From NCBI GenBank assembly GCA_905178155.1, contig CAJINV010000003.1, positions 9,493,979-9,557,978 of the forward strand: DNA of 64,000 nucleotides, given 5' to 3'. Made by a program: the position numbers and the translations under genes. The stretch comes from Amoebophrya sp. A120 (lineage: Eukaryota; Protista; Dinoflagellata). Positions within the stretch are counted from its first letter, which is position 1, and each line of letters opens with the position of its first letter. The notes beneath the pieces were generated by a model that was given only the letters and a program-made list of their open reading frames with translations, did not search any database and was not told where the DNA came from. This document shows, piece by piece, positions 24,501 through 36,500 of the stretch.

Positions 24501-27500
24501 CCCAGATCTCATCCTGCGGTGGCGCGTAGCGGGGTCCGGGGGAAGAGGCTGAGCAGCTGCGGGCTTGCCCGGCTGGAGGTTTGGCCGGGTCCCGGTTGCC
24601 GCCAAGGCGGCAAGTTCTCGGCTAGGCCTTTTCATGACAAAAGCGCACCAAAATGGAAGCAGGTTCTGACTTTTTCCGGGAGCTTTCCCCAGACTAACGC
24701 TTGCGCCTTTGCCCTTGCCCTGGCCCCCCCCTTTCGGCCGAACTTGGTGGCCTAAACTGGGCCGACACGGGCGCCCATATCTTGGCCTGGCGGCCTGCCT
24801 TTTCCTGCGAGTTCCCTGGAGCAAATGGCAGGGCGCCCGGCTTCTCTGCCCCCGCATCTCGTTCCGCAATCTTGCGGGACGCCGTCCGGAGGCAAAGGTA
24901 GAGCACCTTCCTGGCCAGCCACAGAGATGCTTGTCCCTGTAGTGGCTGCCGCCAAAGCGGCAAGGTTTTGGCCAGGGTTTTGCTCAGAAGAGGCTCACGG
25001 ACATGGACGCAAAGACTTACTTTTCCCGGGAGCTTCCCCCGATCTAGAAAAGTAAGCTTTTGCTTTCGCTTTGTGCTTCATCTTGTGGCCGAAAGTGCGG
25101 AGCCGAGCTGCGCCGATATGCTCGCCCATATCGTGTCGAGGCGGCCTGCTTCGTCGTGCAAGCCACCTGGAGCAACTGGCAGGGCGCCCGGCTTCTCTGC
25201 CCCCGGATCTCGTTCCACAATCTTGCGGGACGACGGGAGGAGGCAGAGGTAGAGCACCTTAACGGCCAACGACGGATATGCCTGCCCCTGTGATGGCTGC
25301 CGCCAAAGCGGCAGGGTTTTGGTCAGGGTTTTGCTCCGAAAAGGCTCACCGCAATCGAAGCAAAAACTTATTTTTTTCGGGAGCTTCCCCCGAGCTAATA
25401 AAATAAGTTTTTGCTTTCGCTTTGCCCTCCTTTTTGTGGCTGAAAGTGTGGAGCTGTTCTGGGCCGGTATGTTCGCCCACATCGTGCCCAGACAACCTAC
25501 CTGGCCCTGCAAGTTACTTGGAGCATATGGCAGGGCGCCCGTCTTTTCTGCCTCCGGATCTCGCTCCGCAATCTTGCGCGGCGACGTGCGGAGGCAGAGG
25601 TAGATCACCTTCCTGGCCAGCCACAGAGATGCTTGGCTCTGAGGTGTCCGCCGTCGACCTCATCTTCAAGCCAAAGCCTTATTTTATTAGGTCGCGTTTC
25701 GGACAAAAAAAAACTAAGGTTTAGGTTTGGAGATGAGGTCGACAACCCAACCTCAAAGATCGCCCTCTCTTTTTGCGGTCCACTTCCTGCTGGGCCACTC
25801 GCAGTGGCTGGAGGCTGGCCATGGCCGGCCCGTAGGAACTTGACCTCAAAAAGAGAGGCCGACTTTTGTCGGCTGGGTATAACGAGCTCATTTCAAATCA
25901 AAAACTTAGTTTTTTTTCTTCCGAAACACGAGCTAATAAAATAAGTTTTTGCTTTCAACACGAGCTCCGAAAGCAGCCCCGGAAAGCAGCCCTCTTGTTG
26001 TGGCCGGGATTTTGCCCAGTCAATCTCCGGCGGCGGATGTTGGCCATGCCTAGACCCGCACACCCGGGTGGCCGATTTGACGACAAAGACATACCGTACT
26101 AGCTCGGGGGAAGCCCCGGGAAAACCGGGCTTCCGACCTCATCTCCAAACCAAAACCTTAATTATTTTTTCTCCGAAACGCCACCTAATAAAGTAAGGTT
26201 TTGGTTTGCAGATGAGGTCGGCGGCGGACGCCTCAGAAACGGGCGTCCCTTTGGTTGGCCAGGAGGGTGGTCTACCTCTGCCTCCGAACATTGTCCCGCA
26301 AGATTGCGGAGCGAGATCCTGAGGCAGAGCAACCGGGCGCCCTGTCACTTGCCCCAAGTAACTTGCAGGGCCAGGTAGGTTGTCTGGGCACGATGTGGGC
26401 GAACATACCGGCCCAGAACAGCTCCACACTTTCAGCCACAAAAAGGAGGGCAAAGCGAAAGCAAAAACTTATTTTATTAGCTCGGGGGAAGCTCCCGAAA
26501 AAAATAAGTTTTTGCTTCGATTGCGGTGAGCCTTTTCGGAGCAAAACCCTGACCAAAACCCTGCCGCTTTGGCGGCAGCCATCACAGGGGCAAGCATCTC
26601 TTTGGCTGGCCAGGATGGTGATCTACCTCTGCCTCCGAACGTTGTCCCGCAAGATTGCGGAACGAGATCCGGAGGCAGAAAAGCCGGGCAGCCTGCTCCG
26701 CGTACCAAGTAACGCGCGAGGCGAGGCGGCTTGCCTGGCGTAGATGCCAGCCTAGATCTCGAGGGAAATGCTGACCCCCAAATCAGCCAGCGTGCGCTCG
26801 TCAGAATTGTGGCGACACCTCGCACAAAATCTGGATCGGCATCAAGGTAGAAGGGCCTTCAGCTCTGAAGGCCCGGCGGCTTTGGTTTTGCCAGCCAGAC
26901 GAAATACGAACCAAGGCACCACCTGGACAACTGCCGGGCGGTGCGAAGAGGGACAAAGGCGGGGGCTGCGAAATCTATGAAACCACGAACCAAAACCCTG
27001 ATGTAAACCTTAATTTTTTCAACCCTTAACATTTTGTGGAACACTAAACGAGATTGATCCTGATCCCAAAGACCTATCCTCTGTGTCGGCCGCGGACCCG
27101 ATTAAAAACGTGGCAAGGGAAGACGTCTTCACACGGTCCGCTGGTGCAGGGCGCCTTAGATCAGAAGAAAACCAATGCGGTGAAAGCACATTTTCATGTC
27201 CAACTCGTCATGTCTGCGCGCACTGCTATCTGGATTTTCCCCGAAGAAGCAAAAGCACCCAAATTAAAGAGCAAGACAAGCTCAAAGAAAACTGCTTAGT
27301 GCCTGCAAGGCCCGGAGGAAGAATCGAAAGGGAAGGTAAGGCGAAGGTAAAATTCGAACAAGAACTATCAAAAGCGCCTTTTTTGGTCATATCGCGAGAT
27401 CGTACACTATCAACAAACGGCTCCAATGCTCCGAGCGATGCTGGGAACGTTCAGACCCTAAATCCTAAGGTGGGCAACGCCACCGAGAGACCTGCAGTAT

Positions 27501-30500
27501 ATCTATCTAAGTAAATCTATGTGCTTTCTTCTATGCCTGATAAAATCAAGATGAACTTACTCGCGTGCACGAAAGGACGAATGGCGTCGATCAGCTGAGA
27601 TTGATAGGGATCCCGCGACACCGTCAACGTCTGCTGCAACACATAGTTTCCGTACTGGTCGCATGCACTTGAAACAAACATGAGCGGGCCCAGAATCTGG
27701 CACAGGAGACCTGGACTGTATAGCCACATCCTTTGTCTCCGCTTTAAGTGTCGCTACTGCGCAAATAATTAAGCCCTCTGCGTCTGCGCAGACTGTGACT
27801 GATGGAGTTGAACCACGCAAAGATCTGGGGGCTGTCATGCCGAATTACGAGCTAGCTGTGCGAAATGCTTCGGGCTGGGTTCATTTGATTTTGGCCCAAG
27901 AGTCTGCCATCAGTTGTTCACTGCCGTTGATGCGCTGCGTCGGCCCCTTCAGTATATGGCAAAACGAGGCGACGCGCTTCCAGGTTGCGGAGATGGCTCG
28001 GCGTATCCGAGAAACGGCACCCGGACATTCTGGGTTCTAATTCGATTCGCCGCTCGCCTGTTGCACGATCTGGCAACGTCGAAAGCAAGATCTCAAAAAC
28101 AAGCGGCCCGCGCCACCAAGTATCTTCAGTCCGAGGCACAGAAAAAGTAGATTACAGCGGGGCGCTGCAGCGGAGTCAGGGGCGCACGTCGCAGATGTGC
28201 CGCGGGCCGCTTTCGTCCGCTGGTTCCAAGCAGACGCCGCCGCCACACTGTCTAATCTGGGCGAGAGGTGCTACCGCTCACGCCGGGGCACACCCCACGC
28301 AGAAGTAGACCACAGCCAGAAGAGTGGCTACGTACCATCTAAGCGCAGGCGCACTCCACCAATGTGCGGGCCACTTTCCGCTGGCTTCAAACAGACGCCG
28401 CCGCCGCACTCTGGGAAGGTGCTACCGCTCACGCCGGGGCGCACCCCACGCAGGAGTGGGGCGCACCCGGAAGAGGTGCTACCACTATTCAAGCGCAGGC
28501 GCACTCCACCGATGTGCGCGCCACGCTCGGCCGGGGTGCTGCCGCCCGCGCGCGGGCGAATTTCAACCACGGGCATGCGCTCGGCGTCACAATCTTTGGG
28601 CGGGCTACTGCCTCCCACGCGGAAGCATACTAGCTTCACCGAAATGCGCGGGACGCCGCAGTCTGTGGAAGTGCCGCCGCTGCCGCCTTCGGAAGAGGGC
28701 GCCCCCACAAACAACATCGAGGCGCACGGCGTCACGCGTAGGGCTGTCGCCGCGAGGCTCGGTGGCAGCCTACGCGCGACAACCGTAGGCACTGGGACTT
28801 GAGGCCGCTGGCTGCCCGCCCCCCGAGGGAGGACGGGTGCCGCCCTCCTTGGCTGGGAAAGCGGCGCTCTGCGCGTGGTGTTCCCGGGTGCCCTCAACGG
28901 AAGCGCGGCTCAGTAACACACACTGCCACACTGAAGGCTCGCGCACGCGCGATAACACGCAACAAGCAGGGGCGCTGCGTCTGGCTCCCTTCCGGGGCCC
29001 GGAGCGAGGACGAAGCCTCTCTCGACCCCGGTGGGGGCTCGCAAAATTTTCGCACCCGCGCGCGCGGGTATGAAAAGCGGCGGAACGCCGGCCGCAACCC
29101 CGGCGCCCCATCTCGGGCTGATGCCGGCGCGCCTGCCAAGGCGGGCGGAGGCTGGCAGCCGGGCGCGCGCGGCGCGTCTTGGCTTGTTCGATAGATTCGC
29201 CACCGTTCGCGGCCCCATGCCCCCTCTGGCAGCACGAGGGGAGGAGCGGCCTTGCTGGCGCCGCCTAGCAATTTTGCAGAAACAAACCTACCAGCAGAAG
29301 GCTTGGGGCGCGCTGCGTCCTCTATGTCTATTCCGCCCCGGCCGTCTCGTGCCGGTTTGCCAGCTTCAGGCAGGCGTCGCGCGCCACGGAGATTCGATCC
29401 GGACCACTACAACAATGCGGCCGCGTCTGCCTTCGTTTGGGGCAGCGAAGAAAGGCAGCCGGACAAATCGGGCAAGGCTAGGTCCAACCGTTCTCCGATC
29501 GGGCCTCCGCATGCGGTCGGGCCCCTGCATCCGAACAATAGACGGCGAGCACCGCGCGCCCCCCCACGCGTCCTGCGTCGGGCGGGGGCACGGAAGGGCG
29601 GAGGGGGGGGGGGTGCGCCCGTACGGGCCCCCCCGGTGGCGCGCATGTTGCAGCGGCCCGGGGCGCTCCGTCCTGACGAAGTGCGCAGCAGGTGCTTGCA
29701 AGGGAAAAGTGGCCTACGGGCCTGCGACTCGTCCCAATCAATCCCGCCGCCGGGGCCCGGGCGCCGAAAGCTGCTGCCTGGACGAACCCTGCCGGGGGTA
29801 CACAGCCACGGTGGGCGCCGCGCCCCGGCGCGCGGCACTGATTGGGCGGCACAGTAGCCAGTCAACAACCTAGCACTGGCGCAGGCACCGCGGACGCGGG
29901 CGCGAACTACTTGCTTCAACTTCTTGCTTGCTAGGGTTTGGGGATAGAAAATGGGGCAGCTCTCGCCGGAAAAACGCATGCCCGGCGGCGGGGCTTGGCG
30001 CACTACTTGCTTCAACTTCTTGCTTGCTAGGGTTTGGGGATAGAAAATGGGGCAGCTCTCGCCGGAAAAACGCATGCCCGGCGGCGGGGCTTGGCGCACT
30101 ACTTGCTTCAACTTCTTGCTTGCTAGGGTTTGGGGATAGAAAATGGGGCAGCTCTCGCCGGAAAAACGCATGCCCGGCGGCGGGGCTTGGCGCTCTCCCG
30201 ACTTCATCTTGCGGGCCGGAACGCAAAGGGCCGCCCCCTTGTGGCGCCTTGCGTGCCGATCTTTGTCTTGTTGCGGGCTGCAGGGTGCGACTACAAAATA
30301 GCCCGAATCATCATCAGCGTGCACATTCACAAATCGCGCACTATTATGTTAGCTCTGACCGGCCGCGGCCTGGCTCGTGCAGCTGCAGATCCAATTCGCC
30401 GCGAATAATACGTATTTGCAAAGGACTTTCATCCAACTCGACGCCAATTCCAATGCGTTATATTATTTACATAGCAGCCTCTTCACTACTCAGCATGACG

Positions 30501-33500
30501 GAGGAGGTGCCTCCTGCGACCATACATTCCGGGGGGATGCTGCTCTCATCTTCGTACGTGGAACAACAGGTGCTGCACTACGTTGCTAACGTCCATTTTC
30601 CCCGCGTTGACGACTCCCTGAGAAAATTCGAATTGCGCGATTTGCTTGGATGGCGGATTACGTTACGGCCATTCATTGACAGACACACGGAACACCATAG
30701 CGTCGGGGCTCCGACATCTGAAAAATGAACCAACGGGAGGCGCCAAGCGACCTGCTTTGCGTGCGGCTAAAAGATACGCACCAAAACACGCGGGGGCGCC
30801 CGCCAACTCTTGTCGGGGAGTCGGGACCATCATTTGCAGGGCGCGCATCGGTCCCCCAATGTCTGGGTGGCCGAGAGACTAGAAGGGGTCCGCCGCTGCA
30901 GTGCCGGCGCTTTTTGCTCTCGCCCAGGGCGAGAGCAAAAGGCCTTTTCTCGCCGGCCTGGTGGGGCTATACGCACTCCGCCTCAGGTGCGTCATTCGGT
31001 GAGCCCCTCCCAAGCGAAGTCCCATGGCGAGGAGCTCTCCCTCCAATGTGGTGCGGGCGCTCGTGTCGGAGACTCACAGAGGCTGCGGGCCCCAGGACAA
31101 ACAGCCAAAAGGAACAAGGGGGCGCCGCGACTTGTCGCAGTGCTGTTGCTTGCACCAGGAGGCGAACGGCGCCGGCGTGGTGCGAGGCAACCTGCCACAT
31201 GCCGGGCTCCACTGGCACGTTGAGGAAGCAGCGGCTGCAGCGCTCTGTGCCACTTGTGGAGCCGGTAGGCTTCAGCGAATGGGCCACGCTCACGCGCTTT
31301 CGTGGCCATGCCGCAGCCCGCCCGAGAACACAAAGTAAGCCGGCATGCGGCTGCTCCTCCTGGTCCTGCAGGGCCTGCACTACTTTCTGTAGGCGTGTGG
31401 GTGTCGGATCGGTGTACTGCTTTCCCTCGAGTGAGAGAGATGCGCACGGACACTGCCTGTCAGAGATATTCTTGCAGAATCGGCGTCCTGTCGCCTATTC
31501 GCAAACTGTAAGTGTAACGTCTTAGGACTTATCGCGCTGTTGATCCAAAGCTACCCCGTGGCACGCGCATCAACAACTCAAAACGAACCAGCGAGCGACT
31601 CAAGGGCCACCAAAAATCAAAATCAAAAGCGGCCGCCGGGGTTCCAGCTCAAAGAAAAAACACAAACGTAGCGAATTTACAGCCATCGGGCCGGAAGTAG
31701 CGACGTCGTTTTCCATCGCTATCTCACCTTCGCACACCTTGGTCACGGGTCGGCCGCGAGGTTGCTTATTGCGGGCACGCCATGGGGCCCCGGGAATAAC
31801 GTGGCGCGCATGGAATGGCTCCCACTTCAAAAGAAAAACGTCACAGGCTTTGGCAAGCATACCAAATTCCCGCCCGAAACTAGGCCGGATGGCGTTGGGC
31901 CGGCCCGGGCGCCCCGGCAGGGGCCCAGAAAAAAAAAGCGGGCCCATCACATGTGGGCCAACTTCAGAGGCCTGGCGCGCTTTTTCTTCATGCGTTTCTT
32001 TGCAAATCCCTTCCGGCCTAGAAGACGGCGAAATGGTGGCCGCCATCGCAGTCGCCCAAAAGACTGCGAGATAGTGGCCGCCCCATGCGGTTCGGCTGTC
32101 TTGATTTTGCGCGCGTTATTTTTTGGGCGCTCTTTTGAGAGTCCCGAATCCATCGCCAGAATAGAAGGCGGCGGGCGCCTCAGAAGGTCGCCACTTTTGC
32201 CAGCTCGCCTGCGTCGTTTTTTCAGGCGGTACTTGCTAGACTTGGAGCCGGCATGTTTGATGCGTCGCGGGCAACTGCTCTGAATTTTTCAAGCCGGGCC
32301 GTTGTGCAAACACGCTGGCACGAGCGGACCAGGTCTACTGAGCAAAACAGAGAGAGAGACACAAGTCAATAACTAGAGTACCTCAATCAGCATATTGCGG
32401 TGGCTCTCTGGTGCAGTGGTGAGAACCTTTTCGAGCACATTAGACGAGAACTTCTGCTGACACAAATCCAGAACATGGTCTTTCAGGCGCTCGATCATTT
32501 GCGGAAGGACGAAGCGGCATCGAACTGAAAACTTTTTCCTGCTTGAGCCTCGACACCTTCGCGCTCCACCCCTATCGACGAACCCGCAGAGGGGTATTAA
32601 TATACGATGACTCGCTGCATACGCTGATATAAAGAGGTTAGCAAACACACGGAAGCGGGAGCTTCGAGGTTCATTATCAAGCGAGATCGACGAGTCAATG
32701 CAAATTAGAATTAGTCGGTCTCACCTTGCTTATAACACGACCTCCAATCGAACAGGACAAAACAGTGAGGGGTGGGTACATCCCCGCACAGGACGTTTGG
32801 CGCAGCTTCCGAGAAGCACGCTACCACTGTGCCAGGTTCTACGTACAGAGAGAAGGGGCGGAGGATAAAATAGAAGATTGGATCTCTATCATCTGTGTGC
32901 GGCGCTACAACATGACCAAGCGGAAAAGTAGTAGACAATGACGAAGGGGGCAAGCAACCGACACTCAAGAACAGGTCGCAAGAAGTGCAATATCGCTGTT
33001 GACAGTCGTAAGTCGTAGGATGTCGTGGTTGAGAGCACATGTTGGACGACATAGTTTCCATACGGATCTTGCACAAGCTCCAGCGTCGACCCCACGATAG
33101 TTTCGACAATAAAGCTAAGGCGCTCCCCAGCAGCTTTGTCCAGGCAGGTCTTCAACACGCAGCATCCCCACTGGTCACGGGCCATGCTCACGACGCTCTC
33201 GCGATCGTAGCAAAGACGCCCGAAAATCACAGGCAAAGCATTTTTGTCGTCCTCGTGCCCCAATGCTCCAGTTTTTGTTTTTCCGCCCCGCCCCCGTGAA
33301 GTAAACAACTAAGTAAGTATGTATAAAAAATCAGTCCTATTCTGCTGCTGCTCTGCGGCTAGTTGCGCTGGCCCATCTTTGCCATGATTGATTGAGAGAA
33401 GGCAGGGGATTGCAATTTGTCCGCATGTCTCGGGGGACGATCTACGACCCTCCCAGCCGGCACCTTAGGTTCCTCGCTTCGCTTATGTGGGTTCTTTTTC

Positions 33501-36500
33501 AAGTCCAAACAAATGGAGATAGAGCTGATAGCCATGTTTAGGCCAGCTGGGAACTAGCTGCGTGGTGGTCCCTCGACGGTGACGCAAGCGCTGCCTGTTG
33601 GAACGACGGTCGGCCCTTGGTGGTTGCCGGCGAGACCACCAAAGACCGTCCTTCCATCAAACAGCCACATCTGCGCCACAGCGTGTGTGTGTGTGTGTGC
33701 CCTGGCTCTACAGAAAAGCACGCAATAAGCAACAGACCATGGGGCATCGACATAGGAAGCGACTTGCGCTGTGCGTTTGGGTTTACTTTTACAGGGCGAC
33801 AATAAAATGACCACGGCAAGGAAATCGAAATGGCGACGTCAGTCAACTTCATGGCTGTGGCATAGAGTCACTGAAACTGTTAAGGCGCACCAAGCCGGGT
33901 GGGTGGTAGATCCTCTCCGAACCTACGCTTAAGCGGACATTCACATTTTGTGACGACCCCCTTCTCAAGTACATAGGATAGCAAAAAAAATCGGCCGCAC
34001 GTTTGTCACATTCGTTCTTCACGGATGCGGAGGCTTGATACTACGAAGAATCACATTCACATAGATACCATGCCAAGCGTCGCAAGACTTACGCGCCCCG
34101 ATTTTCATCGAGGCTTTTGACTGGCAGCATTCTTTCGGGGCCGGGACTTGACGCTGGTCTCTCTACTTGCATACCCAAAACCTCGTGGCCCCACTTGCCG
34201 TTTTCTTGGTCGGAGTGTAGTTTATTTGGGTCTTCGGAAGAGACAGCAGAAGTCGTGCTCGCACCAGCGTGCTGCTCTTCTTTCGCTTCGAGTTTTTTCT
34301 CTGGCAGCAACTTCTCCAACAACTTCACCACGACGTGGAATCCCGTGTATCCATTGCAAGTTTTTGTCATGGTCACGACATGAGCTTGCCATCAAAACAC
34401 AGCGCTAGATGCGTTCTTTGCGAGGTTTATTTTCTGGCGCGGTAGAACCGATACGATCACGATGACGAGATTTGTCACGCTTAGATCGACCACGTCCTCA
34501 TGTTTTCCTCAAGTGGAAAGCAATGGAAATCGCTTCCTGGTGAATTAAGTGGGAGTGTGGTCATGCTAACTGATACGTTGCTTTGCAAAATTGAAAATCT
34601 GCAGCCAGGCAGCCGCAATGTCCTGACTAGTGTGACACAGTCGCATTTGATATGGTAACACTTCGGCTTAGTGGTTCAACGTGGTCTATGAGACCCGAGA
34701 CAACTTGTTGAGTTCGACCGCGTCGGATCCCCTCCTCGACTGTGTGAATCGTGAAAATTTTACGTCTGAGATTCAATAATGCAAGGCAGGCGTGCCATGG
34801 CGTGGGCGCGCGTACATGCTTCTTCTTTGAATATTAAGGAGTGCGCAGGTTGGTGGAAAAGAAATTACTTATGAAGCGTGGCCCTAGCCACAAAGAAAAA
34901 CAGAGACTCTGAGGCTGTGAGACCTAAACTAAGAGACGCGCCGGAGCTCTTACGGTGTTGCATTTTGGAGGGGTATAAAACAAAAACCAACACCGCCGCG
35001 AATCGGATTCACAGCCGTGCGGGAAATCCGCCGTCCTCCCGGGGGATCCGCCCGCCTCCCGGGGGATCCGTCCTGGCCCGGGGGATCCGCTTTCCCCGAG
35101 GGGGATCCGCTTTCCCCGGGGAATCCGCCTTGCTCCCCGTGGGATGCTCTGCAGAGTCCTCCTCCGAAATCGAGGCCATACCAGAGGAGAAAGGCCGCCC
35201 CCCGTGGCGGCTCGAAGTGGGCCAGAGGATTCCCAGGATCCTCTCCGGAATCCTCTCAGGGTTCTCGCCCGAAATCGGGGCCAGGCATATCACCGGGTGT
35301 GGGAGGGCCGTCTGAGGCGGCCCAAATTGTTTGGGCGCGAAGACTCCAGAGAGAATTTTGCCGCCCTCTCCGGCATCCTCTGCAAAATCCTCTCCCGAAA
35401 TCGAGGCCATACTAGCGGAGGAAGGCCGTTTGAGGGAGGCGGCCCAAATTGGGCCAGAGGATTCCGGCAAGGATTTGAAGGCTTTGCCGGAATCCTCAGC
35501 AAAAACGAAATCGGGGCCATACCACCGGGGGAGGGCCGTCTGGGGCGGTTCAAATTGGGCCAGAGAAGTCGTGGGTGAGTTTTCAAGTCCGCTCCGGAAT
35601 CCTCTTCCAAATCCTTTATTCCCGGAATCGGGGCCATACCACTGGGGCCGGGAGGACCATCGGAGGCGGCCCAAATTGGGCCACGGGACTCCGGAGGGGA
35701 TTATGGAGTCCTCTGCAAATGATCCTCGGCCTAAATTGAGGCCATTCCATCGGGCCCAGCGTGCGGTAAGTGCGGCAGTTTTTTTCACACAAGGCGCCGG
35801 ACTGGTAATAAATTGCGCGCAGGCCTTTTGCCGGGCGGCCATCCTTGTCACAACCCGCGACCAAGGGTGGCGAGTTGCGTATTACTGTACAACACGGGAG
35901 GGCACTCTGTATGGTTTTGAACCGAGCGGGGCTATCTGCATTCGGTGCGTGTACATCTGCGCCATAACAATATATCCAACGACCAGATGCACAGGCGTCC
36001 CGGGAAACCTGAGCGCGCCCTGTACGAGCGGAAAAGGTCGTTAACGTTTGGGCCGGAACGGTTGTCGTTTAGGTCTCACAGCGTCACTTTCTCGGAGAAC
36101 CTGAGACACAACAACTAAAAGAGAAGACATACCGAATTTCTGGACAGCTCGCGTTCCGTGCACCTCGTTTGCAAGCATCGCGAGCTGGCCGTCGACCTTG
36201 GCAAACAGAGAATCAAACTGTTCATCAGAACAATGCTCCAAGATTTTTTGACTTAGGTAATTTCCATATTGGTCGCTCAGCAGCTGGACGAATCCGGGCT
36301 CCGCTTTTTCGTAGATCAACCTGATATGGTTCGCAGAGATAGTCTGTCCGACTGTTATTAAATTCAAACTCAATAAGCTCTGATCGAGGAATTACAAATA
36401 GCAGCAGATGTCATCACGTAGTTGAAATAGAAGGATAGGTATAGGGCTCCAATTCGGCTGGCTAGCATGGGCCGACTTGTTGATGTCGAGCAATCAATCT

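Noticed and set aside
24700-26830. Paired near-identical ORFs on opposite strands
   Set aside because: A by-product of the foldback element's inverted repeats; no transposase motifs.
34344-34653. U12-type AT-AC intron (ATATCAA...AC)
   Set aside because: This placement adds an extra Thr that breaks the LxxxxxG spacing, and the donor lacks the ATATCCTT consensus.
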